A DNA stretch of 64,000 bases from Candidatus Marinacidobacterales bacterium (lineage in GTDB: Bacteria > Acidobacteriota > Vicinamibacteria > Marinacidobacterales > SMYC01). The notes under the pieces were generated by a model. The model did no database searches. It saw nothing but the letters and a program-made list of their open reading frames with translations, and was not told the origin of the DNA. The translations under genes and the position numbers were made by a program. This document shows, in pieces, positions 1-10,469 of the stretch (its first letter is position 1; every line of letters begins with the position of its first letter). Location of the stretch: NCBI GenBank assembly GCA_965224085.1, contig CBDCYI010000005.1, positions 544,001 to 608,000 on the forward strand. Reading direction: 5' to 3'.

Positions 1-1298
1 GCGAGGAGCCCGAAAAGGCCGGCACCCGCCATGATGAAGTGGAAATGGGCGACGACGAAGTACGTATCATGCAGCTGGATATCGACGGCGTTGGTACCGA
101 GAAAGACGCCGGTCAGCCCGCCTGTCACGAAGAGCGACACGATCCCGAGCGCGAACAGCATCGGTGTCGTGTATCGAATCTTCGCCTTCCACAGGGTGGC
201 GAGCCAGTTGAACACTTTCACAGCGGATGGAACGGCGATGCAAAGCGTCGTCATCGTGAACATCGTTCCGAGGAAGGGGCTCATCCCGGAGACGAACATG
301 TGGTGCCCCCAAACGACGAAGCTGAGCATCGCGATCGCGATGATGGCGTAAACCATCGAGTGGTAGCCGAAGATCGGCCGCCTGGTGAAGGTGCTGATGA
401 TGTCGGACGTGAAGCCGAGCGCCGGCAGCATGATGATGTAGACCTCTGGATGACCGAGGAACCAAAAGAGGTGCTGCCACAGAAGCGGGGAGCCGCCCGA
501 ATGCGGGAAGAGCGTGTCACCGATGAAAATGCCCGCGGGTAGATAGAAGCTCGTGCCCAGGCCGCGGTCGAACAGAAGCAGAATTGCGCCCGCTGCGAGC
601 GCGGGAAAGCTGAGAAGGCCGAGAATGCCGACGAGGAACTGCGCCCATGTGGTCAGAGGGAGCCGCATCATCTTGAGGCCCTTGGTCCGCAAGTTCAGGA
701 TCGTGACCACGAAATTAAGGCCGCCCATCGTGAACGACGCGACGAAGAAGATCATGCCGACGATCCAGAGCGTTTGGCCCATCGCCGATCCGGGAATGGC
801 CGAACGGATGGCGGAGAGCGGAGGGTAGGCCGTCCAACCAGAAGCCGCGGCGCCGCCTTCGACGAAGAACGAGATCAAGATGATGATCGCCCCCGGAAGC
901 GCCGTCCAGAAAGACAACATGTTCAGGAACGGAAACGCCATGTCGCGGGCCCCGACTTGGAGCGGGATGAGGAAATTTCCAAATCCGCTGACGGGCCCGA
1001 GCGATAGCACGAAGAACACCATGATGGTGCCGTGCATCGTGAAGAGCATGATGTAGAACTCCGGCGTCATCACACCCGACGCCATCCCGGCGGGAAAAAG
1101 CGTCTCCCAGAACTGGGCATGCTGCCCGGGCCAGCCGAGCTGGAGCCGGACCAACATGGCCAGCGATCCACCAACGACAGCCATGAACATGACCAGCGTC
1201 AAGTACTGCTTGGCGATCATTTTGTGATCGAAGCTGAAGATGTACTTGCTGATGAAGCTCTGTTCGCCATGGCCGTGGTCGTCGTGACCTTCGCTCAT
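1..1298 (-). CDS. coxA: Cytochrome c oxidase subunit I, A-family (runs off the left edge)
   Basis: Manual translation from ATG 1298 (RBS GAAGGAG upstream): MSEGHDDHGHGEQSFISKYIFSFDHKMIAKQY..., WQHLFWFLGHPEVYIIMLP, VWGHHMF. Missing from the ORF track because there is no stop in the window. Confidence 0.95.
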   Translation of the reverse strand, partial: MSEGHDDHGHGEQSFISKYIFSFDHKMIAKQYLTLVMFMAVVGGSLAMLVRLQLGWPGQHAQFWETLFPAGMASGVMTPEFYIMLFTMHGTIMVFFVLSLGPVSGFGNFLIPLQVGARDMAFPFLNMLSFWTALPGAIIILISFFVEGGAAASGWTAYPPLSAIRSAIPGSAMGQTLWIVGMIFFVASFTMGGLNFVVTILNLRTKGLKMMRLPLTTWAQFLVGILGLLSFPALAAGAILLLFDRGLGTSFYLPAGIFIGDTLFPHSGGSPLLWQHLFWFLGHPEVYIIMLPALGFTSDIISTFTRRPIFGYHSMVYAIIAIAMLSFVVWGHHMFVSGMSPFLGTMFTMTTLCIAVPSAVKVFNWLATLWKAKIRYTTPMLFALGIVSLFVTGGLTGVFLGTNAVDIQLHDTYFVVAHFHFIMAGAGLFGLL

Positions 1299-1334
1299 GC
1301 CATCATCTCCTTCTTATGAATCCAAAACGCTAAA

Positions 1335-2150
1335 TCAATTGGCCTGACTTTGCTCGGCGAGCCAAGTGTCGTAATCAGCCTGGCTTCGAATGCTGAGAAA
1401 ACCCCGCATGCGGTAGTGCCCCAGACCGCAGAGCTCGGCGCAAGCAATCTCGTACTCGCCGATTTTCGTCGGCGTGAACCATACCGAAGTCTGAATGCCC
1501 GGCATGAGATCTTGCTTCACTCGGAAGTGCGGAAGAAAGAAAGCGTGCTGCACGTCCTTCGAGCGCAGCAGGACGCGCACCGGCTGGTCGACAGGAAGCA
1601 CCATCTGGTTGATGAGATGGAGGTCATCGTTACCGGCGGCGTCATCCGGATCGATGCCGAGATAGTTCTCGAGCGAGTAGAGCTCGGGGCGCCATGCGCC
1701 GAACTGACCGTCCTCGCCCGGATAGCGCATGTCCCATTGGAACTGGGCGCCGACCGCTTCGATCGTGAACACGTCCGTCGGGGGCGCGGCTTTGACGTCC
1801 TCCCAAAGCACGAGTCCGGTGAAGACGATCGGGACGAGAACAACGGCGGTACCAATCGTCCACGTCACCTCCATCTTGTGGCTATCGTGCCAATAGCTGC
1901 CCTCGGCGTCGTCGCGGTGGCGAAACTTCCACATGTAGAAGGCGAGAAGACATTGGACGACAATGTAGAGAACGCCGGTGATGCCGAGGATGACGTAATA
2001 GAGCGAGTCCAGGGACCCACGATCCGACGCAAGCTCGGGGACGTCGTATTTGAAAAAATAAGCGACGGAGACGAGCACGATAGCCCAGAGGGCAACGGCC
2101 AAAGCCATCCCGTGCTTCGCGTCTCGGTTTGCCTGGATATTCTCTGCCAT
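1335..2150 (-). CDS. coxB: Cytochrome c oxidase subunit II
   Basis: TM helices; CuA motifs DVQHAF and CAELCGLGHYRM. Confidence 0.95.
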   Translation of the reverse strand: MAENIQANRDAKHGMALAVALWAIVLVSVAYFFKYDVPELASDRGSLDSLYYVILGITGVLYIVVQCLLAFYMWKFRHRDDAEGSYWHDSHKMEVTWTIGTAVVLVPIVFTGLVLWEDVKAAPPTDVFTIEAVGAQFQWDMRYPGEDGQFGAWRPELYSLENYLGIDPDDAAGNDDLHLINQMVLPVDQPVRVLLRSKDVQHAFFLPHFRVKQDLMPGIQTSVWFTPTKIGEYEIACAELCGLGHYRMRGFLSIRSQADYDTWLAEQSQAN

Positions 2151-2193
2151 AAGTCGTCCTTATGAAGATTAAGGTGTCGGAAACGTCTTCTAT

Positions 2194-5013
2194 CTATTCC
2201 GCATAGCGCATCAGGTACGCAGCTACGGCGCGCATCTGCGCTTCCGAGTCGCCTTCCAGAACGTTCGGGAGCGGCGTGATGTGATTGCCGTCGTTGTCGA
2301 AGGGCCAGAACTGCGGCATCTGGGTGCCCGGAGTAATCGATTGCGGATCCTTCATCCAGTCGACGAGCCATTCTTCGCGCAGCCGCTCACCCGTCAAGCG
2401 GAAGCTCGGCGCGAGCTGCGAAGCCTCCATCACTCCCGCCGCCTCCGCGACGTGACAACGCTCGCATTGCAGGCGGTCCAGAAGCTGGCTTCCTATGCGG
2501 AGCGTCGCCCCATCCACCGGCGCCGCGGCCGACGTCGCGAAGGGGTGCGTCTCGTCCATCGCCATGAAGCCCGAGACGACCGTGTTGAGCTGCTCGTCGT
2601 CGAAGTGGAAGGTCGGCATCCGTACATTCAACCAAAACCGAACTTCTGTCGGATCCTGGAAAAATTCGAACAACCAACTCGGCTGGGTGCGTGCGCCTTG
2701 CGAATTGAGGTTGGGCGGGCGGAAGCCGACATCTTCGCTCATCACTTCTGTCTCGTAGATGCCTCCACCGAATCCGTCCACGAGGTGGCATCCGCGGCAG
2801 TTGTACTCGTGGATGAGAACACGCGCTTTCTCCCCGATCGCCTCATTGGCGCTCAAGTTCTTCCTCGCTTCTCTAGGAAGCTCGGTCCGCGTCTGGCCGA
2901 GTACTCTCGTTGCGATGGCCTGGACCTCGTCGTCGGTAAAGCCGAAATAGCCCATCCGAAGTTTTTCGGGCGCGCTCTTCTCTTTGCCCCGGTCGTAGCT
3001 ACGCGGTTCGTGGAGCTTGTTCTCGAGCCACGTTTGACGTGTATGCGGGATGTCGATATAGCCGAAATCGAGGCGGGTGACCATTTTCGAGCCCCACGTC
3101 GAAAGATCGACACCGATCTTTTGCGCCTCCTCGAAACCTTCGATTTCGTGGCAGCCGAAGCAGCCATAGCGAAGAATGAGACGCTCACCGCTATAAAGCG
3201 TTTTCTCTTCCGCCGACATTCCGCCGAGCTGGTCCTCCGCCTGTGCGTTCGGAAGTCCGGTACGGAGAAACTCGCGCGTGATGTCGTCGAGCGCGGCGCC
3301 ATCGATCTGCGGTACCGGGAGCCGCTCGAAGGTCTCGTTCCGGAGCGTCATCAAATAGGCCGCTACATCGGCCGCTTCTCGATCGGTGAGCCGCAGATCG
3401 GGCATGAAAGTCTCTTCCCAGTAATGCTTGGGATCCTTCACCCAATTGTAGAGAAACTCGCGGCTGACTTTGCTTCCGACTCCTACGAGGCTCGCGCCGC
3501 GCGTTCGGTACCAGTCGACTTCCGCCAAATTGCTCTCATCGGTGACGTGGCAGCCAAGACAGCCGACGCTCTCGACGAGGGCGCGGCCTCGATCGACGTC
3601 TCCGCCTGGCACGACGCCGTAGGTGAGCGGCTTCGCTTTGTCGAAGATGTAAGACACGATGGCGGCGACTTCGGTCCCGTTGCGGGCGCCGACCTCGGAA
3701 TCGAGATTGTTCTCGAGATCCCAGAATCGCGGCATGTAAGTCGATTGCTTGAAGCTCTTCGGATCCTTGACCCAACGTGCGGCCCATTCAGGCGTCGTCT
3801 TGGCGACGATATGCTCGAGCTTGGGCCCGACATTACGTTTGTCTTCGAAGCCCACCGTGTTGTGGCAGCCCCAGCAGCCGGCCGCTTCGTAGAGCTGACG
3901 GCCCCGGTTGAATTCCTCAGCGCCCGGAAGAAGAACCTGGTCCCCGTGGCACTTCTGGCATCCAGCCTCGGCCATGCCGTTCTGATACATCGGCTTGTCC
4001 CAGTAATGGTCCTCTTTCCATCCGTACTTCTCGACCCACTCGTGCTCTTGCTCTTCGTTTTGTGGCGTGTGGTTCACGCCGACGAAGTCGATGGCGCGGC
4101 CGCGTCCTTCGTGACAGGAGGTACAGCCGAAGCTGTCGCGAGCATGGACGGCCTCACCGGAGACATAGAGGTCGAGGTTCGGATGCGTCCGGAACGGTTG
4201 CTCCGCATCGGCATAATCCGGGTTGTCGATCCCGAGATGGCACGTTTGGCAGCGATCGATGCGCGGCACGACCGCGAAGTTGAGATCCTCGGTGACGTTC
4301 GCCAAGAGGACTTGCTGAACTTCGATGCTCGGATCGATGAAATCGACCATCGGCAAGTTCCGGAAGGTGTTCGGAACATTCTGCGCGATCGCGTTCGCTT
4401 TGCGCCGCAAGAGCGTCGCCGCCTGGGTCAGGTCTTCCCGCTCACCGCTGAGCGCACTCACTTGCGCCTGCGCGTCTCGGATGTTTCTCTGAACGGCGTC
4501 GAGGTCGTACTCAATGGCCAGACGGTCATCGCGGGCGGCGAAGAACTCGGTCGAGAGCGCCTCGAACTCTTCTCCACTGACCCGCTTTCCATAGGGCGCG
4601 GTCGTCCCTTCGTGCTCGGTCTCTTCGAAGAAGAACTTCTTCGAGTCATAGACGGATTTGAGACTGCGCTCCTGGATGTCCGCTAACGTCCACCGATTGT
4701 CGAGCGTTTCGCGCTCAGCCTCCATTTGCTCGATTTCGGCTTGCTTCACGTCGAGCTCTTGCGTTGCCGTGGCGAGCTCGCCTTCGATCCTCTGAAGCTC
4801 ACGCTGATTGACGGCAGCGTCCGCCTCCGCGATTTGACGTCCGGTCAATTCCCGTTCCATTTGGGAGAACTGCCGTTGGTAACCCTTCCACTCGCGCGAG
4901 TAGTCCGCCCAAATCATCCAGAGGGTCGTGACAAACAACAAGATCGATGAAATCCCAAAAACAACGTTGAGCCCGCTGATGTCGTAAGCGTGTCCTGGAG
5001 CCGGTTTCGCCAC
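2194..5013 (-). CDS. Membrane-anchored octaheme cytochrome c with N-terminal coiled coil
   Basis: Eight CxxCH motifs (CQTCH, CTSCH, CQKCH, CWGCH, CLGCH, CFGCH, CRGCH, CERCH); N-terminal TM helix. Confidence 0.9.
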   Translation of the reverse strand: MAKPAPGHAYDISGLNVVFGISSILLFVTTLWMIWADYSREWKGYQRQFSQMERELTGRQIAEADAAVNQRELQRIEGELATATQELDVKQAEIEQMEAERETLDNRWTLADIQERSLKSVYDSKKFFFEETEHEGTTAPYGKRVSGEEFEALSTEFFAARDDRLAIEYDLDAVQRNIRDAQAQVSALSGEREDLTQAATLLRRKANAIAQNVPNTFRNLPMVDFIDPSIEVQQVLLANVTEDLNFAVVPRIDRCQTCHLGIDNPDYADAEQPFRTHPNLDLYVSGEAVHARDSFGCTSCHEGRGRAIDFVGVNHTPQNEEQEHEWVEKYGWKEDHYWDKPMYQNGMAEAGCQKCHGDQVLLPGAEEFNRGRQLYEAAGCWGCHNTVGFEDKRNVGPKLEHIVAKTTPEWAARWVKDPKSFKQSTYMPRFWDLENNLDSEVGARNGTEVAAIVSYIFDKAKPLTYGVVPGGDVDRGRALVESVGCLGCHVTDESNLAEVDWYRTRGASLVGVGSKVSREFLYNWVKDPKHYWEETFMPDLRLTDREAADVAAYLMTLRNETFERLPVPQIDGAALDDITREFLRTGLPNAQAEDQLGGMSAEEKTLYSGERLILRYGCFGCHEIEGFEEAQKIGVDLSTWGSKMVTRLDFGYIDIPHTRQTWLENKLHEPRSYDRGKEKSAPEKLRMGYFGFTDDEVQAIATRVLGQTRTELPREARKNLSANEAIGEKARVLIHEYNCRGCHLVDGFGGGIYETEVMSEDVGFRPPNLNSQGARTQPSWLFEFFQDPTEVRFWLNVRMPTFHFDDEQLNTVVSGFMAMDETHPFATSAAAPVDGATLRIGSQLLDRLQCERCHVAEAAGVMEASQLAPSFRLTGERLREEWLVDWMKDPQSITPGTQMPQFWPFDNDGNHITPLPNVLEGDSEAQMRAVAAYLMRYAE

Positions 5014-5032
5014 GTTTCACTCCACCTCTAAG

Positions 5033-6175
5033 CTAGATATTGAAGAAAATCTCGGGAAACGCCACGATGTATTTCAAATCCCACATCCATCTCATGTACA
5101 TCTTGATGGGTAGACTCATCATGAGAAGAAACAGTGTGACGCCCACGTAATAGCGAGCCGGGCCCATCTTCTCGTAGTACTTGTGGAGGCTCATCCATCG
5201 CAGAAATCCTGGGAATTTTTCCTTCGGAAGCGCCAGCGCCACAGGAAGAACGCCCATGTAGAAGAGAATCATGAGGATACCGAGCCACTCGCGGTAGATA
5301 GGGTAAATCAAATTCGTGACGAAACCGGAACCCGGCGCTGGGCGTGGCAGTGGCACTTCGAGAAACCTCACCCAGAAAAAATCCGAAATATTGACGTTTA
5401 GAAGCGGCTCGACACGATGCTGGTCCCAATATTCATAGGGCCCAAAGAAGTTCCAGTTCGGCCCGCGCAGAAATGTCCCAGAGATCACGAGGAGCACCCA
5501 GAGCACGAGGAACCCGTAGAGAAAGATGGCGATCTCCGCGCGACGCTCTTTGAAAGTGAAGTAGCCGTTCCCTTTCGGGTTCGTGTCGATATAAGGAATC
5601 GCCATGAGACCTACAAGGATGAGCGTAGGAAAGACGACGCCCGCGAGCCATGGGTCGAAGTAGACGAGCATTTCCTGAAGGCCGAGGAAGTACCAGGGCG
5701 CTTTCGACGGGTTGGGCGAATCTGCGGGGTTTGCGGGCTGCTCGAGAGGCGCCGGCAACAAGATCGACCAGACGACGAGCCCGATGGTGAGAAGAACCAT
5801 GCACAGGAGCTCGACGTAAACAAGGTCCGGCCACACCCAGACCTTGTCCTGTTCCTGCTTCTCCATGGGCTCTTCCCCTGCCGCGATCCGCTTGTCGTTC
5901 TCGACGCCTTGATGCATGGCGAACCAGGTAAGAAACGCCACGAGAAACAGCATGAAGGTGATCGGCACGTTGTCCGGTTTAGCGACGATGAGAAAGAAGT
6001 TCGGATCGAACATGCTCAGGAAATAAACGGTCGTCAAGATGCCGAAGAAGATATAGGCGACCTTCTTCGACCATACCTCGGTGTATTTGAGCGATAGCCC
6101 GAACGCGATCGTGGCCACGGTAAAGAGCACCGTCGGCCCGGAAGACCAATTGATGATGTTTTTGAGGAAATCCAT
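5033..6175 (-). CDS. Cytochrome b C-terminal / subunit IV-like protein (PetD/QcrC-like) with extra TM helices
   Basis: VWPDLVYVE, PLEQPANP...NPSKAPWYF (PEWY-equivalent), LMAIPYID. Confidence 0.85.
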   Translation of the reverse strand: MDFLKNIINWSSGPTVLFTVATIAFGLSLKYTEVWSKKVAYIFFGILTTVYFLSMFDPNFFLIVAKPDNVPITFMLFLVAFLTWFAMHQGVENDKRIAAGEEPMEKQEQDKVWVWPDLVYVELLCMVLLTIGLVVWSILLPAPLEQPANPADSPNPSKAPWYFLGLQEMLVYFDPWLAGVVFPTLILVGLMAIPYIDTNPKGNGYFTFKERRAEIAIFLYGFLVLWVLLVISGTFLRGPNWNFFGPYEYWDQHRVEPLLNVNISDFFWVRFLEVPLPRPAPGSGFVTNLIYPIYREWLGILMILFYMGVLPVALALPKEKFPGFLRWMSLHKYYEKMGPARYYVGVTLFLLMMSLPIKMYMRWMWDLKYIVAFPEIFFNI

Positions 6176-6214
6176 AACGCTCAGCCCTGGGTTTCGAACG
6201 AGAAGCGAAAGCGA

Positions 6215-7012
6215 TTACATGGGACCGGAGATACCGCCATCCTTACGCACCCTCCAGAAGTGCACGGACATCAAAACAGCCGCGACCAGCGGCAACCCGA
6301 CACAGTGAAGCACGTAGAAACGCAGCAGCGTGTTCTCGCCCACAGAGCGTGCGCCGAGCAAGGCGAAACGAGCGTCGTTGCCGGAATTGATGAGATTGAT
6401 ATCCCCTAGTTTCAAGGCCGCGCTGAGCGGCCCCTCCGTTCCTAGCAGCGGTGTCGCTCGAGCCATATTCGAGCCCACGGTGATGGCCCAGATAGCGAGC
6501 TGATCCCAAGGAAGAAGGTAGCCCGTGAACGAGAGCAGGAGAGTGAGCACGAGAAGGATGACGCCCACGCCCCAGTTGAACTCGCGCGGCGGCTTGTAGG
6601 AGCCCGTCATGAAGACGCGGAACATGTGGAGCCACACGGTAATGACCATTGCGTGCGCGCCCCAGCGATGAAGCTCACGCATGAGACCGAGAGGCACGTG
6701 CTCGCGGAGATCGATGATGTCGGCGTAAGCGTACTCGACCGTGGGCCGGTAGTAGAACATTAATAGAAGGCCCGTCAAGGTCAAGACGAGAAACAGGAAA
6801 AAAGTGATGCCGCCCATGCACCAGGTGTAGCGTAGCTTGATGCCGGCTTTGCGTGACTTCACCGGATGAAGATGAAGAAACACGTTGGACATCATCACGA
6901 GCACGCGGTTCCGATTACTCGTCAGGGCCCCGTGGCGGAAGATGGACTTCCACACTTGGGATTCCGTCATCGCGTCCCACGCGCCGCTGAATGCGTTTAG
7001 AACCTTCTGCAC
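6215..7012 (-). CDS. petB: Cytochrome b6-like N-terminal subunit
   Basis: WCMGGITF (heme ci Cys), [44 protein letters not shown]. Confidence 0.92.
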   Translation of the reverse strand: MQKVLNAFSGAWDAMTESQVWKSIFRHGALTSNRNRVLVMMSNVFLHLHPVKSRKAGIKLRYTWCMGGITFFLFLVLTLTGLLLMFYYRPTVEYAYADIIDLREHVPLGLMRELHRWGAHAMVITVWLHMFRVFMTGSYKPPREFNWGVGVILLVLTLLLSFTGYLLPWDQLAIWAITVGSNMARATPLLGTEGPLSAALKLGDINLINSGNDARFALLGARSVGENTLLRFYVLHCVGLPLVAAVLMSVHFWRVRKDGGISGPM

Positions 7013-7045
7013 CGAAAACTCCTCAATTTCGCTATTCGGAATGAA

Positions 7046-7606
7046 TCAGGAGAGACTCAAAAATGATTCCGGATCGCTCCATTGCCCGGCTTCCTGCTTA
7101 TAGATGCGGCTCTTGTCGATTTCCACTTGGCCATCTTCAGCCATGACGATCCGATGGCGCTCGAGCGGCCTGGGCGCGGGGCCCTCGAAATTGATGCCGG
7201 TCATGTAGAAGCCGCTCCCGTGGCAGGGGCATTTGAATTTGTTCTCTGCTTCGAGCCAGTTCGGCGTGCATCCGAGGTGGGTGCAGATCGTGGAAAGCGC
7301 ATAGATGCCTTCTTCGTTCCGCACGATCCAGACTTGGTAGCGTTCTTTGAAGCGCGTGTCGACGACGCCGATGGCGAAGTCGGCGGGAAAGCCTGCCTTG
7401 AAGTTGGATGGCGGCTCGGTCAGGACGTTCGGAAACATGAAACGGCCCATGGCCGTGAGGCCAGCACCGGCCGCAGCCGCGAAGAACGTCCACCCGAGCG
7501 CAACCCAGTTGAACTCGCGTCGCGTCACGTCCTTTTTCTTCTTCTCTGTTTTCGCGGCGGGAGCCGCTGCTTTCTTTGTCTCGTCAGGCTTTGTCTCGTC
7601 AGCCAT
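7046..7606 (-). CDS. petC: Rieske 2Fe-2S subunit of the bc complex
   Basis: Tat motif TRREF; CTHLGC and CPCHGS. Confidence 0.93.
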   Translation of the reverse strand: MADETKPDETKKAAAPAAKTEKKKKDVTRREFNWVALGWTFFAAAAGAGLTAMGRFMFPNVLTEPPSNFKAGFPADFAIGVVDTRFKERYQVWIVRNEEGIYALSTICTHLGCTPNWLEAENKFKCPCHGSGFYMTGINFEGPAPRPLERHRIVMAEDGQVEIDKSRIYKQEAGQWSDPESFLSLS

Positions 7607-7774
7607 ACGTCCACCTAGATTCGAGGGTCTCTCAGGGACTATTCGACTCGAAATGTGTTAACGGCCACGCGTTGGGAGCTTGGAAGGAATTCCATGCCAA
7701 CAAATGATTGTATTCGCCACCAGCAAAAGGTGTCAAGGCTCGAAAACGTTCGAAAACGCTCACCCAACTCATTG

Positions 7775-7798
7775 AAAAAAGGAGCCGTGTCACGGCTC
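7775..7798 (-). terminator. Intrinsic terminator overlapping the stop of the HEAT-repeat gene
   Basis: Minus strand GAGCCGT-GAC-ACGGCTC followed by C-TTTTTT. Confidence 0.55.
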
Positions 7799-8722
7799 GG
7801 GGACCGGGTGAGCGATCGCGTTCTCGGAGAGAGCCGCCAGGGCGGAAAGAGCCTCCTCGCGAAGAACGAGATTGGCGTGCGCGTCCGCCACTTCCTGAAG
7901 TTTCGCGGTCAACGTCTCGCCACCGACGATCGCCACCGCCTGTATGGCGCTCTGGGTAGCGAGGAGCTTTTGCGACCGGTCCATATCCGTGAGCCCTTCG
8001 AGAAACGGCTCGTCCAGCATCTGCAGAAGTTGCGCCTCTCCGGAGGTGTCGTGAAGCTGCGCGAGCGCAACTGCCGCATTCCAGGACACGTCGCGCTCGC
8101 GATCGGAGAGCGCCACTCGAAGCCGCGGGACCGCTTTATCGTCGCCCAGTGCGCCCAGAGCGTAGACCGCCATCTTCCGCACGCCGGCATCGCTATCCCC
8201 GACCAGCTCGAGGACAGGATCGAGGGCCCGCGCGTCGCCAATCGAGCCGAGTGCCCACACCGAATACAGCCGCGTGCTCGGCTCGTCGTCGCCGAGTGCA
8301 GCGACGAGCGCCGGAACCGCGGACGGATCGGCGAGATGCCCCAGGGACAGAGCAAGATAGTGCCGCACTCTAGGGTCGTCCTTCTCGGCTTCCTCGAACG
8401 CAAGGACCATCTCTCGTACGAGGCCTTCCATCCGGCGCTTCTCGTCGTCCATCGTGATGATCTTGGAGAGCTCGAAAGCAGCCTGCCAGCGCCGGTTCGC
8501 GCTGCCGGCGCGCACCTCGTTCAGATAGTCGACACCCGTTTTCTCATCCGATACCAGCCAGGCAAAGAAGACGAAGACACCCACACATGAAGCGACCACG
8601 AAAGCGGGGACGACGAAGAACTGCAGCGCCGTCCTCCCGAAATCGAGGTCGTCGTCGAGCTCCGGCGGTGCCGGTGAGGACTCGGGAGGGTTTACGGTGG
8701 GCGCTTTCTCGTCTTCCGTCAT
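7790..8722 (-). CDS. Membrane-anchored HEAT-repeat (PBS-lyase-like) protein
   Basis: Repeated D.D..VR..A..ALG.LGD..AVP.L units after one TM helix. Confidence 0.85.
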   Translation of the reverse strand: MTEDEKAPTVNPPESSPAPPELDDDLDFGRTALQFFVVPAFVVASCVGVFVFFAWLVSDEKTGVDYLNEVRAGSANRRWQAAFELSKIITMDDEKRRMEGLVREMVLAFEEAEKDDPRVRHYLALSLGHLADPSAVPALVAALGDDEPSTRLYSVWALGSIGDARALDPVLELVGDSDAGVRKMAVYALGALGDDKAVPRLRVALSDRERDVSWNAAVALAQLHDTSGEAQLLQMLDEPFLEGLTDMDRSQKLLATQSAIQAVAIVGGETLTAKLQEVADAHANLVLREEALSALAALSENAIAHPVPEP

Positions 8723-8776
8723 TATTATTGGGGCGCCATCTTATCCCGACCCGCCAACAGATCAAAACTCTAGATA

Positions 8777-10460
8777 GTACCCGTCCTGGCGGACGTAAGA
8801 GGTTGAGAAAAAGGGAGTAATCGCAAATTTAGGGCTAGTCTTCTGAGGGGTTGTCGCTTAGAATCGAAGTCGTCAAAAACAAGAGTCTAAACGACTTAAC
8901 TCCAAAGGAGACCAGCCCTAAATGCGAAAAACAATCATTCCACAACCAAGCCTATGCGAGCCCTGGCTGGAGGTGGAGCACGCGCGCGAACTCGAAGCGA
9001 TCTCGTCGGTGCTCGATGCCCATCCTAAGCTCAATGAGCTGGTACTGCAAGACCTGAGGTCGGTCACCCCATCGGCAGGGAGCGATGTTGGTCGTGGGGG
9101 AATGAGCGCGGAGCAGGTTCTCCGGGCGTTGTTGGTCAAGCAGCTGAATCAGTTCACCTATCGGGAGCTGGCGTTTCACTTGGCAGACTCTCGAAGCTAT
9201 CGGACGTTTTGCCAGCTCGGCATCATAGAGCCGAGCCCGTCGAAGTCGACCCTAGCAGCAAACATCAAAGCCGTGAAGTTCGAAACGCTGGAGAAAATCA
9301 ACCGAGAGTTGGTGAGTGTTGCCGAGAAGACCGCGATCGAAAAAGGAAGAAAAGTACGAGTGGACTGCACGGTAGTGGAGTCGAATATTCATTCTCCTAC
9401 GGACTCCGAGCTTCTTTATGACTGCGTCCGAGTTCTCACTCGCCTCATGTGCCGAACTCGCGAACTGCTGGGTACAGTAGTGGTCTTCGGCAATCGAACG
9501 CGTCGAGCGAAGAGACGTCGACTGGGAGTTCTAAACGCGAAGGATAAGGAACAAAGGCGTCGCGTCTATCGAGATCTACTGAAGGTGTCGGAAGAAACCT
9601 ATCGCTCCGCTCAACGCGTTGCAGACCAGTTGGACGAGTCCGGCTTGACCGAGCCGGTGAAGCGAGCGAGTGCGGAGAAGATCGCCGCGGATTTTAAGCA
9701 CTTTCTCGTCCTCACCGAAAAAGTCATCAACCAAACTCGGCGTAGAGTGATTGATGAAGAGCGTGTGCCTGCGGAGGAAAAGGTCGTTTCGATCTTCGAA
9801 GAACACACCGACATTATTCGCAAAGACCGGCGCGAGACTCTCTACGGTCACAAGGTGTGTTTGACTGGTGGCTCGTCCTCGATGATTTTGGATTGCGTGA
9901 TCTTGGATGGGAATCCGTCCGATTCAACTCTCGCGGAAACCATGATCGACCGTCAAGTCGAACTCTACGAACGGGCCCCGCGCCAGGTTGCCTACGATGG
10001 CGCGTTTTCTTCAAAGGCAAACTTGGAAGCCATCAAAGGCAAGGGAGTTGAAGATGTTGCCTTTACCAAGGCTCACTTCGCGGTGACCGATATGGTCAAG
10101 AGTTCCTGGGTCTATCAACGCCTACGGCGATTTCGCTGCGGAATCGAAGGCGTCATTTCGTTCTTGAAACGAGTCTTTGGTCTCGACCGATGCACATGGC
10201 GCTCATTGCCTTCTTTCAAATCCTACGTATGGAGTTCCATCATCACCTGCAACCTGTTGGTAATGGCAAGGCACCTATTACGATAATAATGATTACTCTT
10301 ACTGCGTTTATAGCCATGGATTGCTGACGATTCGCCTCTCGTTTCGTCCAAGATTTTCATTCGCTTCCGAGCCTACGAGGTGCCGACTGAAAACGTATAA
10401 TACCCACATCTTCGATAGGCCTCTCGTACACCACAAGTTATGGTGTTTCTGGACAGGAAC
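8777..10460 (+). mobile_element. Insertion sequence (ISNCY/IS5-like DDE), 1684 bp
   Basis: Ends GTACCCGTCC / GGACAGGAAC (imperfect IR); flanking direct repeat TAGATA at 8771-8776 and 10461-10466. Confidence 0.85.
8922..10286 (+). CDS. DDE transposase (DUF772-type N-terminus)
   Basis: RVDCTVVESNIHSPTDSELL, AYDGAF, RFRCGIEGVISFLKRVFGL. Confidence 0.92.
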   Translation: MRKTIIPQPSLCEPWLEVEHARELEAISSVLDAHPKLNELVLQDLRSVTPSAGSDVGRGGMSAEQVLRALLVKQLNQFTYRELAFHLADSRSYRTFCQLGIIEPSPSKSTLAANIKAVKFETLEKINRELVSVAEKTAIEKGRKVRVDCTVVESNIHSPTDSELLYDCVRVLTRLMCRTRELLGTVVVFGNRTRRAKRRRLGVLNAKDKEQRRRVYRDLLKVSEETYRSAQRVADQLDESGLTEPVKRASAEKIAADFKHFLVLTEKVINQTRRRVIDEERVPAEEKVVSIFEEHTDIIRKDRRETLYGHKVCLTGGSSSMILDCVILDGNPSDSTLAETMIDRQVELYERAPRQVAYDGAFSSKANLEAIKGKGVEDVAFTKAHFAVTDMVKSSWVYQRLRRFRCGIEGVISFLKRVFGLDRCTWRSLPSFKSYVWSSIITCNLLVMARHLLR

Positions 10461-10469
10461 TAGATAACC

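Noticed and set aside
2281-4686. 801-aa plus-strand ORF (also 19983-21791, 52822-54090, 55833-57353)
   Set aside because: Antisense shadows of clear genes in GC-rich DNA, with no motifs
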